64,000 bases of DNA from Myxococcales bacterium (GTDB taxonomy: Bacteria > Myxococcota_A > Polyangia > Palsa-1104 > JAEUJZ01): positions 116,693 to 180,692 of the forward strand of contig JAEUKB010000025.1 in NCBI GenBank assembly GCA_016794365.1, given 5' to 3'. Under the pieces are notes generated by a model. The model saw nothing but the letters and a program-made list of their open reading frames with translations. It was not told where the DNA came from and searched no databases. The translations under genes were made by a program, and so were the position numbers. Positions 28,355 to 37,569 of this stretch are shown here, one piece after another (within the stretch, counting starts at the first letter, position 1; the number at the start of each line of letters is the position of its first letter).

Positions 28355-28500
28355 CCCAATAGGAATCGGTTAGGAATCGATTGGGAATCGGTTGGGAATC
28401 GGTTAGGAATCGATTAGGAATCGATTAGGAATCGATTAGGAATCGGTTGGGAATCGGTTGGGAATTGCAAGAGGAATCGGTTAGGAATCGATTCCTCTGA
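28355..28500. repeat. intergenic tandem array of about 13 copies of a 10-bp unit (T/G)(A/G)GGAATCG(A/G)T, ending in a perfect 12-bp palindrome GGAATCGATTCC
   Basis: Direct reading: ataggaatcggttaggaatcgattgggaatcggttgggaatcggttaggaatcgattaggaatcgattaggaatcgattaggaatcggttgggaatcggttgggaattgcaagaggaatcggttaggaatcgattcctc. It lies between two convergent stop codons. Confidence 0.9.
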
Positions 28501-28508
28501 GGAGGACG

Positions 28509-30050
28509 CTACGCTTTGAAGGCGCTGGCGTCGGGCAGTCCGCTTCCGGCCAGATCGACTCCCATGGCGGTGAGGACACCCGAGAAGATGTCCGGCTCAT
28601 TGGGCGTGAGCTTGCCAACCTGCGGAGCGCCCGTGCGCGCATCAAAGCCGTAGGTCAGGGTGGTCAGTGGATCGATGCCGCCCAAGATGGTGTTGCCCTT
28701 GACCATCGGAGACAACAGGACAAAGCCGTTGTTCAGATCATGTCCGCTTCCGAACGTGGTGGCATTGTCGGGACGATTGCGGGTCCGGCCAAAGTCAGTG
28801 GCTACGTAGATCATGGTGCGATCCCATAGGCTCTCTCCCGTCGCTGTATCAAACGGCTCGGACTTGAGCAGCGTGATCAGCTTATCGACGGTTCCCATGA
28901 TCCGGCTCCACATAAACGCCTGGCCACTGCGGTGATCGTTGTGACTAAAGTCAAACGCGAGCGGCGGATTGTAAAGTCCTGCGCCACCGCCGAGCTTGAC
29001 GTTAAAGTCTGGACCGATCGTGATCGCAGAGGACACCCGATATTTGATGAGCAGGAATGCCAGCGCAGCTTGTCCTTGGAACGGATCGTTGAAGAAGTCA
29101 GGCAGGGCCAAGCGAACGCGCGCACCATCGGGAGAAGACGCAAGTCCATACTGAGTCAAGGGAACCTGCGGCGGCATGTCAGGAAGCACGTTCAGCTTGG
29201 TGATCAGATCCTGGGCTTCCAGCGTCGAGCTGGCTGCGCTCTGGGACAGCCAGCGCTGCATCGACACCGCATCGGAAAACGTCTGACCGAAGACAGACTG
29301 CGCGTGTAGCTCCTCTCGGGCTTTGCGAGCGAGGGACACCACGTCTTTGGTGGGGGCTCCTGTGATGCCGCGTGTACCATCCAGACCCAGCGGCCACAGC
29401 GACGGATTGGTCACGGTTTCTGGATACATTGCAGCCGGAAGGGATTCGTCTACACCGCGCTCTGTGTAGCCACCAAAGGCCATGTTGACGTTGGGAATCG
29501 GCATTCCTTGGCCAAACTCCAGCGCGACACATTCCTGAAGCGTGCGTCCTTTCCATGCGTTATTGCCAGTGATCGCACGCTTCTGCGCAATGACGTGGTT
29601 TACCGACGTACCGACCGAGGTCGCAACCAACATGTCATCCGCGTACTTTTTGACAAAGGCGAGCTGATCGGTGTTGACCGGAATCGGAATGCTCCCAATC
29701 TTGGATGAAGAGTGCCGGACTGCGCGAAACGGACTGCCCGCAACGCTCTGGACAGCGGTGTCTGGGAATGCGTTCAGTCGGATCGCGTTGGTCTTGGCTT
29801 CTGACTCCCGAACCGCGAGCATGCTGTCGATGATGCTGGCTCCTCCGGCTGCGGCAATCACCACCAAGAACTTGGGCTTGGTGCTCAGTGGATCGATGCG
29901 CGTGCCGAGCTTTTCGGCAGACTGCGGAGTCTCCAGTGACTGACGACATCCGATCAGGAAAGGAGACAGCGAAGTCGATCCTGCGGCCAAGAGTCCGAGC
30001 GCAGAGAGTGCCTCGCGGCGGGACAGTCTTCCGTTGTTTCGTAGTGACAT
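28509..30050 (-). CDS. DUF1501-family protein with twin-arginine (Tat) signal (sulfatase/phosphatase-like fold family, function unknown)
   Basis: Tat-type signal MSLRNNGRLSRREALSALGLLAAGS; length and sequence character (DFGRTRN..., GSGHD) as in DUF1501 proteins, which pair with DUF1800 proteins. Start taken at the Met preceding the RR motif. Confidence 0.6.
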   Translation of the reverse strand: MSLRNNGRLSRREALSALGLLAAGSTSLSPFLIGCRQSLETPQSAEKLGTRIDPLSTKPKFLVVIAAAGGASIIDSMLAVRESEAKTNAIRLNAFPDTAVQSVAGSPFRAVRHSSSKIGSIPIPVNTDQLAFVKKYADDMLVATSVGTSVNHVIAQKRAITGNNAWKGRTLQECVALEFGQGMPIPNVNMAFGGYTERGVDESLPAAMYPETVTNPSLWPLGLDGTRGITGAPTKDVVSLARKAREELHAQSVFGQTFSDAVSMQRWLSQSAASSTLEAQDLITKLNVLPDMPPQVPLTQYGLASSPDGARVRLALPDFFNDPFQGQAALAFLLIKYRVSSAITIGPDFNVKLGGGAGLYNPPLAFDFSHNDHRSGQAFMWSRIMGTVDKLITLLKSEPFDTATGESLWDRTMIYVATDFGRTRNRPDNATTFGSGHDLNNGFVLLSPMVKGNTILGGIDPLTTLTYGFDARTGAPQVGKLTPNEPDIFSGVLTAMGVDLAGSGLPDASAFKA

Positions 30051-30064
30051 CTGCTCTACTCCCT

Positions 30065-30706
30065 TTAGTAAAAGACCGACTCTGCGGAAGACAGGATTGC
30101 GAAACAGACAGACTGCATCCACGCGCGAGCGGGGGTCGCGTTGCCTGCTCCTTCGATGTCTTTGGCCAGACGAACGTAGCGCTCTAGCTCGTTGCGATAG
30201 GGATTGCGCAGAAACACCCGCTGCGTCATAAGTCCAATCACCCCACGGACTTCTGGACCGTCACTGTTTGCCAGCTTGTTTCCATCGAGCGGAATGCCGC
30301 GAAAGATCACCGCAGCAGATGGATTGTCTAGATCTGTGCTGACCCGCTGCGTACAAGCCGCCCATGCGACGCGCTCGACGACAAGCGGAGTGGTTGTGGC
30401 CGTCACCCCTGGTGTTTCATACAGACCTGCACCGTAAGGATCGACGCCTCCCAGCGCGACGTTATGAACCACAGAAGTACACGGATACATTCCCAGCTCC
30501 AGACAGACAGACTCTGGACGCAGCTCAAGTGCCGTCGCAAAGTCCGTGCTGAGACGCTCTGGACCTTTGAAGCGAAGGTTGCCGCGCGCAGACTTCGCAA
30601 CCGGAGAGGTCGGAAGCTCAAGGACATCGGGATCCGGTGGCGCTTGGGCTGGATCAGTACACGCTACGCACAGCGCAGCACAAAAGAGAAGTTTGTTAAG
30701 GCGCAC
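30065..30706 (-). CDS. small lipoprotein of unknown function, middle gene of the DUF1800-like/DUF1501 operon
   Basis: Signal MRLNKLLFCAALCVAC (lipobox). Overlaps the stop of the upstream gene and the start region of DUF1501. Confidence 0.5.
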   Translation of the reverse strand: MRLNKLLFCAALCVACTDPAQAPPDPDVLELPTSPVAKSARGNLRFKGPERLSTDFATALELRPESVCLELGMYPCTSVVHNVALGGVDPYGAGLYETPGVTATTTPLVVERVAWAACTQRVSTDLDNPSAAVIFRGIPLDGNKLANSDGPEVRGVIGLMTQRVFLRNPYRNELERYVRLAKDIEGAGNATPARAWMQSVCFAILSSAESVFY

Positions 30707-32114
30707 CGTAGGCCTCCGTCTTCACGATGTCATGCAGTAGTTTCTGGACGCGGTACTGATTGGCGGACTTGAAGCGCTGCCAGGTCGCCACAAACTCTGC
30801 GTTTTCTTCTGGCGTTGGCGCGTGTCCAACCAGCAGCTTCCAGTAGTCTTTTGTCGTCGAGATTGCGAACGCATCGCTGTCCGCTGCAACCTGAGCCCAT
30901 TCCCGCAGGTTGTTCACCGGCTTGCCAAAGATCACACCCTTTTCAGGAGTCTGTGCAATGCGCGGCGCTACGTTTGGGAAGAACGTCTCAAGCCGGTTGG
31001 GAATGTACTGGGTTTCATACATCGCCGATGAGATTCCGTTGTAGTTGCGGAACGGATAGGTCAGCGGATCCAGCGTGGCATGACATGCTGCACACTCTTT
31101 GGCAGTGACTCCTTTGGCGTCGTAATCTTGGGGTTCATTTGCGACGCTGTAGAGTCCTTCTTGCTTCGCAATATCAAGCCCCAGATAGGCGCGATACATC
31201 TGCGATGCTGCGTTGCGCGGAATGGCCGTGAACATGATGAAGTCCGTCAGCGACCATGCGGTGGTCATGTTGCCAGCACGATGCGCGAGATCGACTTTTT
31301 GGGAAGCCAGACTGGCTACTTTGCTGTAGCGCGTCGGATTGACATCGCGACGCACAAAGAAGTCAGCAGTGAGGACTTCGCGGGCATCGTGATCATCGGT
31401 CTGCGTATACGAAAACAGGTTGTAGTCATCGTAGTAGTCAGCCAGCGGAACGCCGCCTTTGTCTTCCCCATCCTTGAGCGATCCGACCGGACGAATCTTG
31501 GGATGCGCGACCTTCCAGAGCTGTCCGTTTTTGCCGCGCCAAAACTCTGTCTGTGCGCAGCGATCGATCTCTGTATCGATGAAGGCTCGACGCTCATCAT
31601 CACTCGCTTTGGCCGCAAAGGCAGTGACATCCGCAAAGGAGGGAGAGACTCCGCAGAGGTCGCGCAGCACCTTTTTGTAGGCATGACGAAGATCGTAGCG
31701 GCACACCGCATACTGTGGATTTTCACCACCTTGACAGGCACTACTTCCCGGCTTGCTGCTGGGATCAGAGGGCTGTGTACCGCGCTGAATTTCTTCTAGG
31801 TTGGATGCTCCGTCGCCATCTGCATCTTGGCTTTCGACCGCAGCCAGCGCGCTTGGGAGTGCCGCAGAGAAGTCCGTATCCGATAGGGGGCGCGGCATTC
31901 CGAGCGCCAAGCTCTTTTCCACCATCGCGCCAAAGCTGTTTCGCTGCGGTGGGGCGATGTGGCAGTAGGAACATGAGGGCTGTTTGCCGATACACTCCGG
32001 TGATGTGGGGTATTTTTGACAGAACACTCCGCCTGCGGGCGGCTTGGCTTGCGCTTGTCCGGCCAAGCCCAAGACCGTCCCGAGGAGTGTCCACTGCAAC
32101 GTGTATGTTTTCAC
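30696..32114 (-). CDS. secreted DUF1800-like protein carrying an N-terminal CxxCH cytochrome-c-type heme-binding motif
   Basis: Signal peptide (LLGTVLGLAGQAQA); CSYCH motif at residues about 48-52. About 470 aa, directly upstream of a DUF1501 gene, the usual DUF1800/DUF1501 pairing. Confidence 0.5.
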   Translation of the reverse strand: MKTYTLQWTLLGTVLGLAGQAQAKPPAGGVFCQKYPTSPECIGKQPSCSYCHIAPPQRNSFGAMVEKSLALGMPRPLSDTDFSAALPSALAAVESQDADGDGASNLEEIQRGTQPSDPSSKPGSSACQGGENPQYAVCRYDLRHAYKKVLRDLCGVSPSFADVTAFAAKASDDERRAFIDTEIDRCAQTEFWRGKNGQLWKVAHPKIRPVGSLKDGEDKGGVPLADYYDDYNLFSYTQTDDHDAREVLTADFFVRRDVNPTRYSKVASLASQKVDLAHRAGNMTTAWSLTDFIMFTAIPRNAASQMYRAYLGLDIAKQEGLYSVANEPQDYDAKGVTAKECAACHATLDPLTYPFRNYNGISSAMYETQYIPNRLETFFPNVAPRIAQTPEKGVIFGKPVNNLREWAQVAADSDAFAISTTKDYWKLLVGHAPTPEENAEFVATWQRFKSANQYRVQKLLHDIVKTEAYGAP

Positions 32115-32684
32115 GAACGTACGCCTCCGATTGCGTAGTGGTTGGATCGCAGGTCGCGCGAACGATGTGAGTCCGACGAGTGCTGCGGGATTGCGGATCG
32201 GGGAGCGAGACTCTGCACGGATGTAAAGCGTAGACGAAGTCGCTTCTTCGTTGGTTCCATGCGGATGCGTTCCTTCGGTCTGTCTCTTCGATCAGCACAC
32301 TCCCAAGCGACGCCGTTCAGGTAGACGCTGCGGTCCTTCTGCGCGCGTGTACTGCACTGTGATGAAAGGGTCCGCAAGGCACTGCGGACATCAATGACAG
32401 AAGGGCTGTAGGGATGCCTTTCGCTGGACCAGACTTCCCCGTTTAGGACTCTGTGAGAGGGGAATCCTTTGGCATTTTCTCGACGAAAAAGAGCTTCTCT
32501 GGCTTCAGATCCCGGTGAACCGTAGCCCAGAGGCAGAGTCGCTTTAGGCTTTCACCCGGCGTCGCAGCGTGCGCGCGAAGCCTGCTCAGCAGACAGTCCG
32601 AGCACCGAAAAATCTGCAAGCCACAAAGTCAGCTAGTCGCAGAAGTTGCTTGGAGTTTTTTTGATCGATTGAGAAACTGACATC

Positions 32685-33845
32685 ATGGTGATTTATGGCC
32701 CTTATCCTCCATCGCCCGGTAGGACTCGGTGGCGCGTGCAGGTCTATGATCCGAAGACGCAGCGGAAGCTGTCTGTCACAGCGGAGTCGCAGGAGGCCGC
32801 GCTGGCCCTGCGCGAGCGACTGGAACATGAAGTGAAGCACGCAGCGCCTCTTTTGGTACACGATGCGATCGCGCAGTACCTGGAAGTGAAGCGCTACGAC
32901 ATCCGCTCTATGCAGCAGGTAGAAGATCTTGGACGGAAGCTCCGTCAGCTCTGTCCGAATGTCCCAGTGTCGTCGGTGACTCCGCAGAAAGCAGAGCAGT
33001 ACTACCTGGAAGCAACCCAGCAAAAGGGGAAGTTTGGTTCGCTGCGTCCGGCGACTCATCATGCGCGGCTGCGACTTGCGAAGGCCCTGTGGGCGTGGCT
33101 GATCCGTCGAGATCTGGCCAAGCACAATCCATGGGAGAAGGTCGAGCCGATTGGGAAAGTGAGCAGCGGAAAGCCTCAGCTCGATGAAGCGGATGCGCGC
33201 AAGCTGGATCGATTCCTGTTCACGCAAGCGGAAGCGGGAGATGAGGGTGCGCTGGCACTGCTTGTGGAACTGTATCTGGGACTGCGCTCATCGGAGGTTC
33301 TGTCTTTGACGGTGGGCGCCTGTCAGGGACAGACTGTCTACGTTCACGGAACGAAGACGAAGAACGCGCGACGGAAGCTGGCGCTGTATGGTCCCGTTGC
33401 GGAGCTGCTGGAAAGACACTGTAGGAATCGACCAGAATCCGAGCGCGTATTTGCAGCGAACCTACCCAAGCAGCCGAGCGCAAACTGGGCCTACAAGCGA
33501 CTGAAAAAGATCTGCGGACAGCTTGGGATTCCTTCCATCTGTCCACACAGCTTGCGCGGGCTACATTCTTCGCTGGCACTGGAAGCAGGAGCAACCACGC
33601 ATCATGTCGCGAAAGCGCTGGGACATGCCAGCTTTGGAACGACCGCGCGACACTATGCAAAGCCAGAGTCGATCGAAGTAGGAAGAGCCCATCGGTTCGT
33701 CGCTGCACTGCATGGTGATGCGCAGCCAAGCGTGGAAGCAGAGGACTCCCTTTCCCGTGCGCTGGCAGTGCTTCCCAAAGAGCTGGCGGCGCAGGTGATG
33801 GCGCAGCTCAAGCAGCGGCGTACATGTTCTGGCGAAGGTATGTGA
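32685..33845 (+). CDS. tyrosine site-specific recombinase (phage integrase family)
   Basis: C-terminal catalytic region with R...H-x-x-R...Y arrangement (LRSSEVLSL...; CPHSLRGLHSSLALEAGATTHHVAKALGHASFGTTARHYA). N-terminal SAM-like/core-binding region. Confidence 0.85.
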   Translation: MVIYGPYPPSPGRTRWRVQVYDPKTQRKLSVTAESQEAALALRERLEHEVKHAAPLLVHDAIAQYLEVKRYDIRSMQQVEDLGRKLRQLCPNVPVSSVTPQKAEQYYLEATQQKGKFGSLRPATHHARLRLAKALWAWLIRRDLAKHNPWEKVEPIGKVSSGKPQLDEADARKLDRFLFTQAEAGDEGALALLVELYLGLRSSEVLSLTVGACQGQTVYVHGTKTKNARRKLALYGPVAELLERHCRNRPESERVFAANLPKQPSANWAYKRLKKICGQLGIPSICPHSLRGLHSSLALEAGATTHHVAKALGHASFGTTARHYAKPESIEVGRAHRFVAALHGDAQPSVEAEDSLSRALAVLPKELAAQVMAQLKQRRTCSGEGM

Positions 33846-33947
33846 TTGGAAACGGAGTTGCGCAGGCTCGCATGCAGACTGCGCTTGGCATTCTCCCCGA
33901 CTTCACCCCGGCGATTGTGCGCGCTGCTACGCGACGGACTCCGGAAC

Positions 33948-34552
33948 AGAACAAGATCCCGGTGAACTATTCCCAATCGATGTGCGTGGGACAGAGCCGC
34001 CACAATCTGACACCACAGCCGCATCACGCGCAGTCGATCCAGTGTGTAGACGCGCTTTCCGTTCTGTTCCTGCCACGCTGACGCAATCACCTTCTCTAGC
34101 GACGGTCCGTCCAGGTGTTCCATCGCGATGTAGTACACGCCATCACTGGTGCTGCCGCTGGTGTAGACGGTGGCCAGGTTGCGATGGGACAGTCGTGCGG
34201 CTGCGCGCGCTTCCTGATGGAATCGCTGCACCACCTTGCCGTCATGTGCGAGGTCCGAGCGCAGGATCTTGAGCGCCACCTCGCGATCCATTCCGATCTG
34301 AAGGGCGCGATAGACGGTTCCCATTCCGCCTTCGCCCAGACGCGCAACGATGGCGAAGCTCTCAATCCGACGGCCAATCAGGGGATCGATCTGGGCGTTC
34401 GGTAGCTCGCTCGCATCGATCAGAATCGCTCCGTCGTGCGGACAGAACAGCTCTCCCGCTGTCTGGCTGGGACGCTTGCAGACTGCACAGACGAGAGCCT
34501 GCGGCCCCAGCTGATTCGGAGAGGGACGTGTTTGCAAACGCTTAGCCACCAC
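33948..34552 (-). pseudogene. Ser/Thr protein kinase gene truncated immediately after the catalytic-loop HRDL motif (5-prime part only: N-terminal Zn-ribbon-like region and kinase subdomains I-VIb)
   Basis: Translation LGEGGMGTVYRA...VALKIL...HRNLATVY...YIAMEHLDG...LSHAHRLGIVHRDL, then non-kinase sequence (VLFRSPSRSS...) that runs to the integrase stop. No DFG, APE or downstream subdomains are present. Confidence 0.7.
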
Positions 34553-34609
34553 CCTGCGACATCATATCGCCTAAGGGAAGCGGCATTCAATGTGCCGTAG
34601 TGATGCGTA

Positions 34610-36538
34610 TTAAGCGGGCGGAGGTGGGACAAGCACCGACGGGGCACTTGGAGCTGCCGGAGGAGTTGGAGCCGCCGGAGGAGCCGGAGCTGCCGGAGGA
34701 GTTGGAGCCGCCGGAGGAGCTGGAATCGCCGGAGGAGCCGGAATCGCCGGAGGAACTGGAACCGACGGAGGAGCCGGAACCGACGGAGGAGCCGGAACCG
34801 CCGGAGGAGCCGGAATCGCCGGAGGAGCTGGAACCGCCGGAGGAGCTGGAACCGCCGGAGGAGTCGGAGCTACTGGTGGAGTTGGCGCAGGCTGCTTCGC
34901 CACAGGCGGTGGGGCAACCGGGACGATCGCTGGCTCTTTGACCGTTGGGGCCGTCGATGGAGCCGTCGATGGAGCCGCTGGGGCAGTCGATGGAGCTGCT
35001 GGGGCCGTCGATGGAGCCGCTGGAGCCGTCGATGGAGTCGCTGGGGCCTTGCGAATGACCGTCGGACGAGCCGGTGGAATCAGCTTGAACTCGACGCGAC
35101 GGTTCTGCGCGCGTCCGGCTGCTTGGTTGTTGTCCGCGACGGGCCGCGTCGAGCCATAGCCCACCGATTGCAGTCGGGTCGGGTCGATCCCCTTGGTGAT
35201 GAGGTACGCCTTGACAGCGTCGGCGCGCTGCTGCGACAGCGTCAGGTTGTCGCTTGGATTGCCGACGTTATCGGTGTGTCCTTGGACTTCCAGGCGCACC
35301 GTCGGCACTTCCGCGAGTGCAGCCACCGCCTGATCGAGCACCGCGAACGAGCTGGGCACCAGATCCGCCTTGTTGGGCAGGAACTGAACGCCTTCGATCT
35401 TCTTATCGACAAAGCGTGCCAGGCTCGACGGGACTTCGTCGGGGCAGCCGTCCTGATCTTGGTAGTTGTTGACTGTTTCGGGCTGCTGCGCGCACTTGTC
35501 GAGTCGATCGACGATGCCATCGCCGTCGCTGTCGATATCGGGGCAGCCTTGGTTGATCTGTGGGCCGATTTCCGTCGGACACTTGTCCAAGCGATCGACG
35601 ACGCCATCGCTGTCGGCATCGACATCGGGGCAGCCACCGTTTTCCATCGGGCCAGCTTGCTGCGGACACTTGTCGAGTCGATCGACGATGCTGTCTCCGT
35701 CGCCGTCACGATCGGGGCAGCCGCCATTCTCCGTCGGGCCTTTGTCGCTGGGACAGCGATCTTCTTTGTCGGGCACGCCGTCTTGGTCGATGTCGAGAGG
35801 CTTGGGTGGCTCGGCGGGCTTGTCGCTGCCGTAGCCGAATCGTCCGTAGACGCTGCCGAGGGCTTCGTAGTCGGGCGTGAAGCTGGGCGTCCGAATCTCG
35901 GGAACCAGCACAATGCGTCCGTCGAAGCGCAGGCCGACCCAGCGATTCAGATCGAAGCGCATACCAGCACCGGCGTGGAAGGATGCAAGCACCTCGCTGC
36001 GCAGGGGCAAGCCGGGATCGGGTCGGACGCCGATCGCGCCACCACCGGCGAGGATGAACGGCTGGAAGCGATCATTTCCGCCAAACGGCCAGCGGAACAT
36101 CAGGTGTCCGCGTCCGGTGTAGACGAGAACCTGCGCTGGTTTTTCGGCAAGCTGCGTCGGCATTGCGACGAACTCACCTTCGAGCAGGAAGTGTCGGCTG
36201 AGCCCGTATCCGATGCGCGCACCGAGTGCTGCGCTGTGACGGAGATCGCTGCCCGGTGCGGCGTAGTCGCTGCGACCGATGGCTGCCGTCGAAGAAAAGA
36301 AGTGCGCTCCGACGATGAGCGAGACTTCAAGCGGTCGATCTGCGATGGACACCGGGGCAGCGGGCGCCGCTTGGGCTGCTTTGGCCTCGGTGGACTGTTG
36401 CTCTTCGGCCCTGACCAGGCCTTCAGACGAAGCTCCGAGGAGACAGACTGCCACCGTCGGAACCGCTGCTTGCTTCCACAGCGGAAGCTGCCCGCGTGTC
36501 CGAATCCCAAGTCGTCTTTGCGCCGCACGTCGCTGCAT
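34610..36538 (-). CDS. OmpA-family outer-membrane protein with beta-barrel-like N-terminus, thrombospondin type 3 repeats, OmpA peptidoglycan-binding domain and Pro/Ala-rich C-terminal tail
   Basis: Start at the internal Met (MQRRAAQRRLG...AVCLLGASS signal). TSP3 repeats (DQDGVPDKEDRCP...DRDGDGDSIVDRLDKCP...DVDADSDGVVDRLDKCP...DIDSDGDGIVDRLDKC). OmpA-C motif (LEVQGHTDNVGNPSDNLTLSQQRADAVKAYL...NRRVEFKLI). The tail (PAAPSTA)n / (PAPPAVPAPPAIPAPPA)n is encoded by a tandem repeat at about 34620-34940. Confidence 0.8.
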   Translation of the reverse strand: MQRRAAQRRLGIRTRGQLPLWKQAAVPTVAVCLLGASSEGLVRAEEQQSTEAKAAQAAPAAPVSIADRPLEVSLIVGAHFFSSTAAIGRSDYAAPGSDLRHSAALGARIGYGLSRHFLLEGEFVAMPTQLAEKPAQVLVYTGRGHLMFRWPFGGNDRFQPFILAGGGAIGVRPDPGLPLRSEVLASFHAGAGMRFDLNRWVGLRFDGRIVLVPEIRTPSFTPDYEALGSVYGRFGYGSDKPAEPPKPLDIDQDGVPDKEDRCPSDKGPTENGGCPDRDGDGDSIVDRLDKCPQQAGPMENGGCPDVDADSDGVVDRLDKCPTEIGPQINQGCPDIDSDGDGIVDRLDKCAQQPETVNNYQDQDGCPDEVPSSLARFVDKKIEGVQFLPNKADLVPSSFAVLDQAVAALAEVPTVRLEVQGHTDNVGNPSDNLTLSQQRADAVKAYLITKGIDPTRLQSVGYGSTRPVADNNQAAGRAQNRRVEFKLIPPARPTVIRKAPATPSTAPAAPSTAPAAPSTAPAAPSTAPSTAPTVKEPAIVPVAPPPVAKQPAPTPPVAPTPPAVPAPPAVPAPPAIPAPPAVPAPPSVPAPPSVPVPPAIPAPPAIPAPPAAPTPPAAPAPPAAPTPPAAPSAPSVLVPPPPA

Positions 36539-36708
36539 GTACGTAAACTCCGAACCAGGCCAATGAAAGTGGGCGCATCCTAGCAGCCGTCTAGATGTGT
36601 GTAAACGCGCTCGTGCCGGGGAAATTACGACCAGCGCTTGCGGCTGAACTGGGCGAAATCCGGTGAAAATGGGCCAAATACGGCCAAAGCAGGCGAGCTG
36701 GGCGGGCT

Positions 36709-37569
36709 TTACTTGATCGGGATGGTCAAGCCTAGCTGTAGGCTCATCGGGGCTACGCTGATGGGGAAGCAGACCTCGCCGTCGAGCTTGTCGCAGTCGG
36801 AGCGTCGTGAGAGCACGATCGGCGTGATGATGGCGGCGGCGACTCCGCTGGCACCGACGGCGGCAAGTGTCCACACCCACCAGCGCGAATACCAGCGCTT
36901 TTCGGTCTTGAAGACGGCTTCTTCGCGGCGCTTTTGCTCGGGCTGGATTTCCAAGATAAGGTCGCGGTCGTACTGCTCACCAGCGACGGTCGCGATGCTC
37001 AGCGTCTGTTCAAAGTAGCCGATGCGACGGACGCGGACGACGTGCGGACCGGGACGCAGCTCCAGCTCCAGCGGGGTTTCTCCTCGGAGATCTTCATCGA
37101 CGAAGACTTGGGCACCGGGCACATCCGTCGCGACCTTGAGGATGGCGAGCAGCGGCGTAAGCTCGACTTCGACGGCAACCATTCGCCCTTGGATCGCAGT
37201 GAAGTCTGACGAAAACGTGGAATAGCCACGCCGAGAGAGCACCAGCTTGTGTGGTCCGGGCTCGATCGCGGTGCGCGGCGGTAGCGGAGTGATTCCGATC
37301 AGCTTTCCATCGAGTCGAACCTCTGCTTTGGGTGGCGCACCGAGGAGCGCGAAGGCAGTCTCGTTGGGCTTGGCTTCGGTCGGAATGGGCGCGCTCGATC
37401 GGGTCGCTGGCTGTTCGGCTGCGGGACTGGGCGACGACTCACCGGACTGCGCAAAGGCTGGCCGGACGGGCCAAAGCAGTGACAGCGCACAAGCCGCGAG
37501 GAGTCCAGCGTGGTGTCCAGACCGCCCGCGTGCGATCGTCTGCTCTGTCCGACCTGAGCGAGCGTGCAT
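36709..37569 (-). CDS. PEGA-domain protein with N-terminal signal and C-terminal transmembrane helix
   Basis: Two PEGA-like repeats (VRLDGKLIGITPL...IEPGPHKLVLSRRGYSTF; VFVDEDLRGETPLELELRPGPHVVRVRRIGYFE). C-terminal hydrophobic WWVWTLAAVGASGVAAAIITPIVL. Confidence 0.6.
   Translation of the reverse strand: MHARSGRTEQTIARGRSGHHAGLLAACALSLLWPVRPAFAQSGESSPSPAAEQPATRSSAPIPTEAKPNETAFALLGAPPKAEVRLDGKLIGITPLPPRTAIEPGPHKLVLSRRGYSTFSSDFTAIQGRMVAVEVELTPLLAILKVATDVPGAQVFVDEDLRGETPLELELRPGPHVVRVRRIGYFEQTLSIATVAGEQYDRDLILEIQPEQKRREEAVFKTEKRWYSRWWVWTLAAVGASGVAAAIITPIVLSRRSDCDKLDGEVCFPISVAPMSLQLGLTIPIK

Noticed and set aside
28355-28500. Possible CRISPR array (tandem short repeats)
   Set aside because: Units are 10 bp with no intervening unique spacers. 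A CRISPR array needs repeats of about 24-48 bp separated by spacers of similar size. The same applies to the 12-bp array at 37735-37854.
32115-32684. tRNA or tmRNA gene next to the integrase as integration target
   Set aside because: The 570-bp noncoding stretch was read for cloverleaf hallmarks (GTTC-type T-loop, 7-bp acceptor pairing with a CCA-adjacent end) and none was found. The truncated kinase gene on the other side of the integrase is the better junction candidate. A dedicated tRNA scanner would be needed to exclude one fully.
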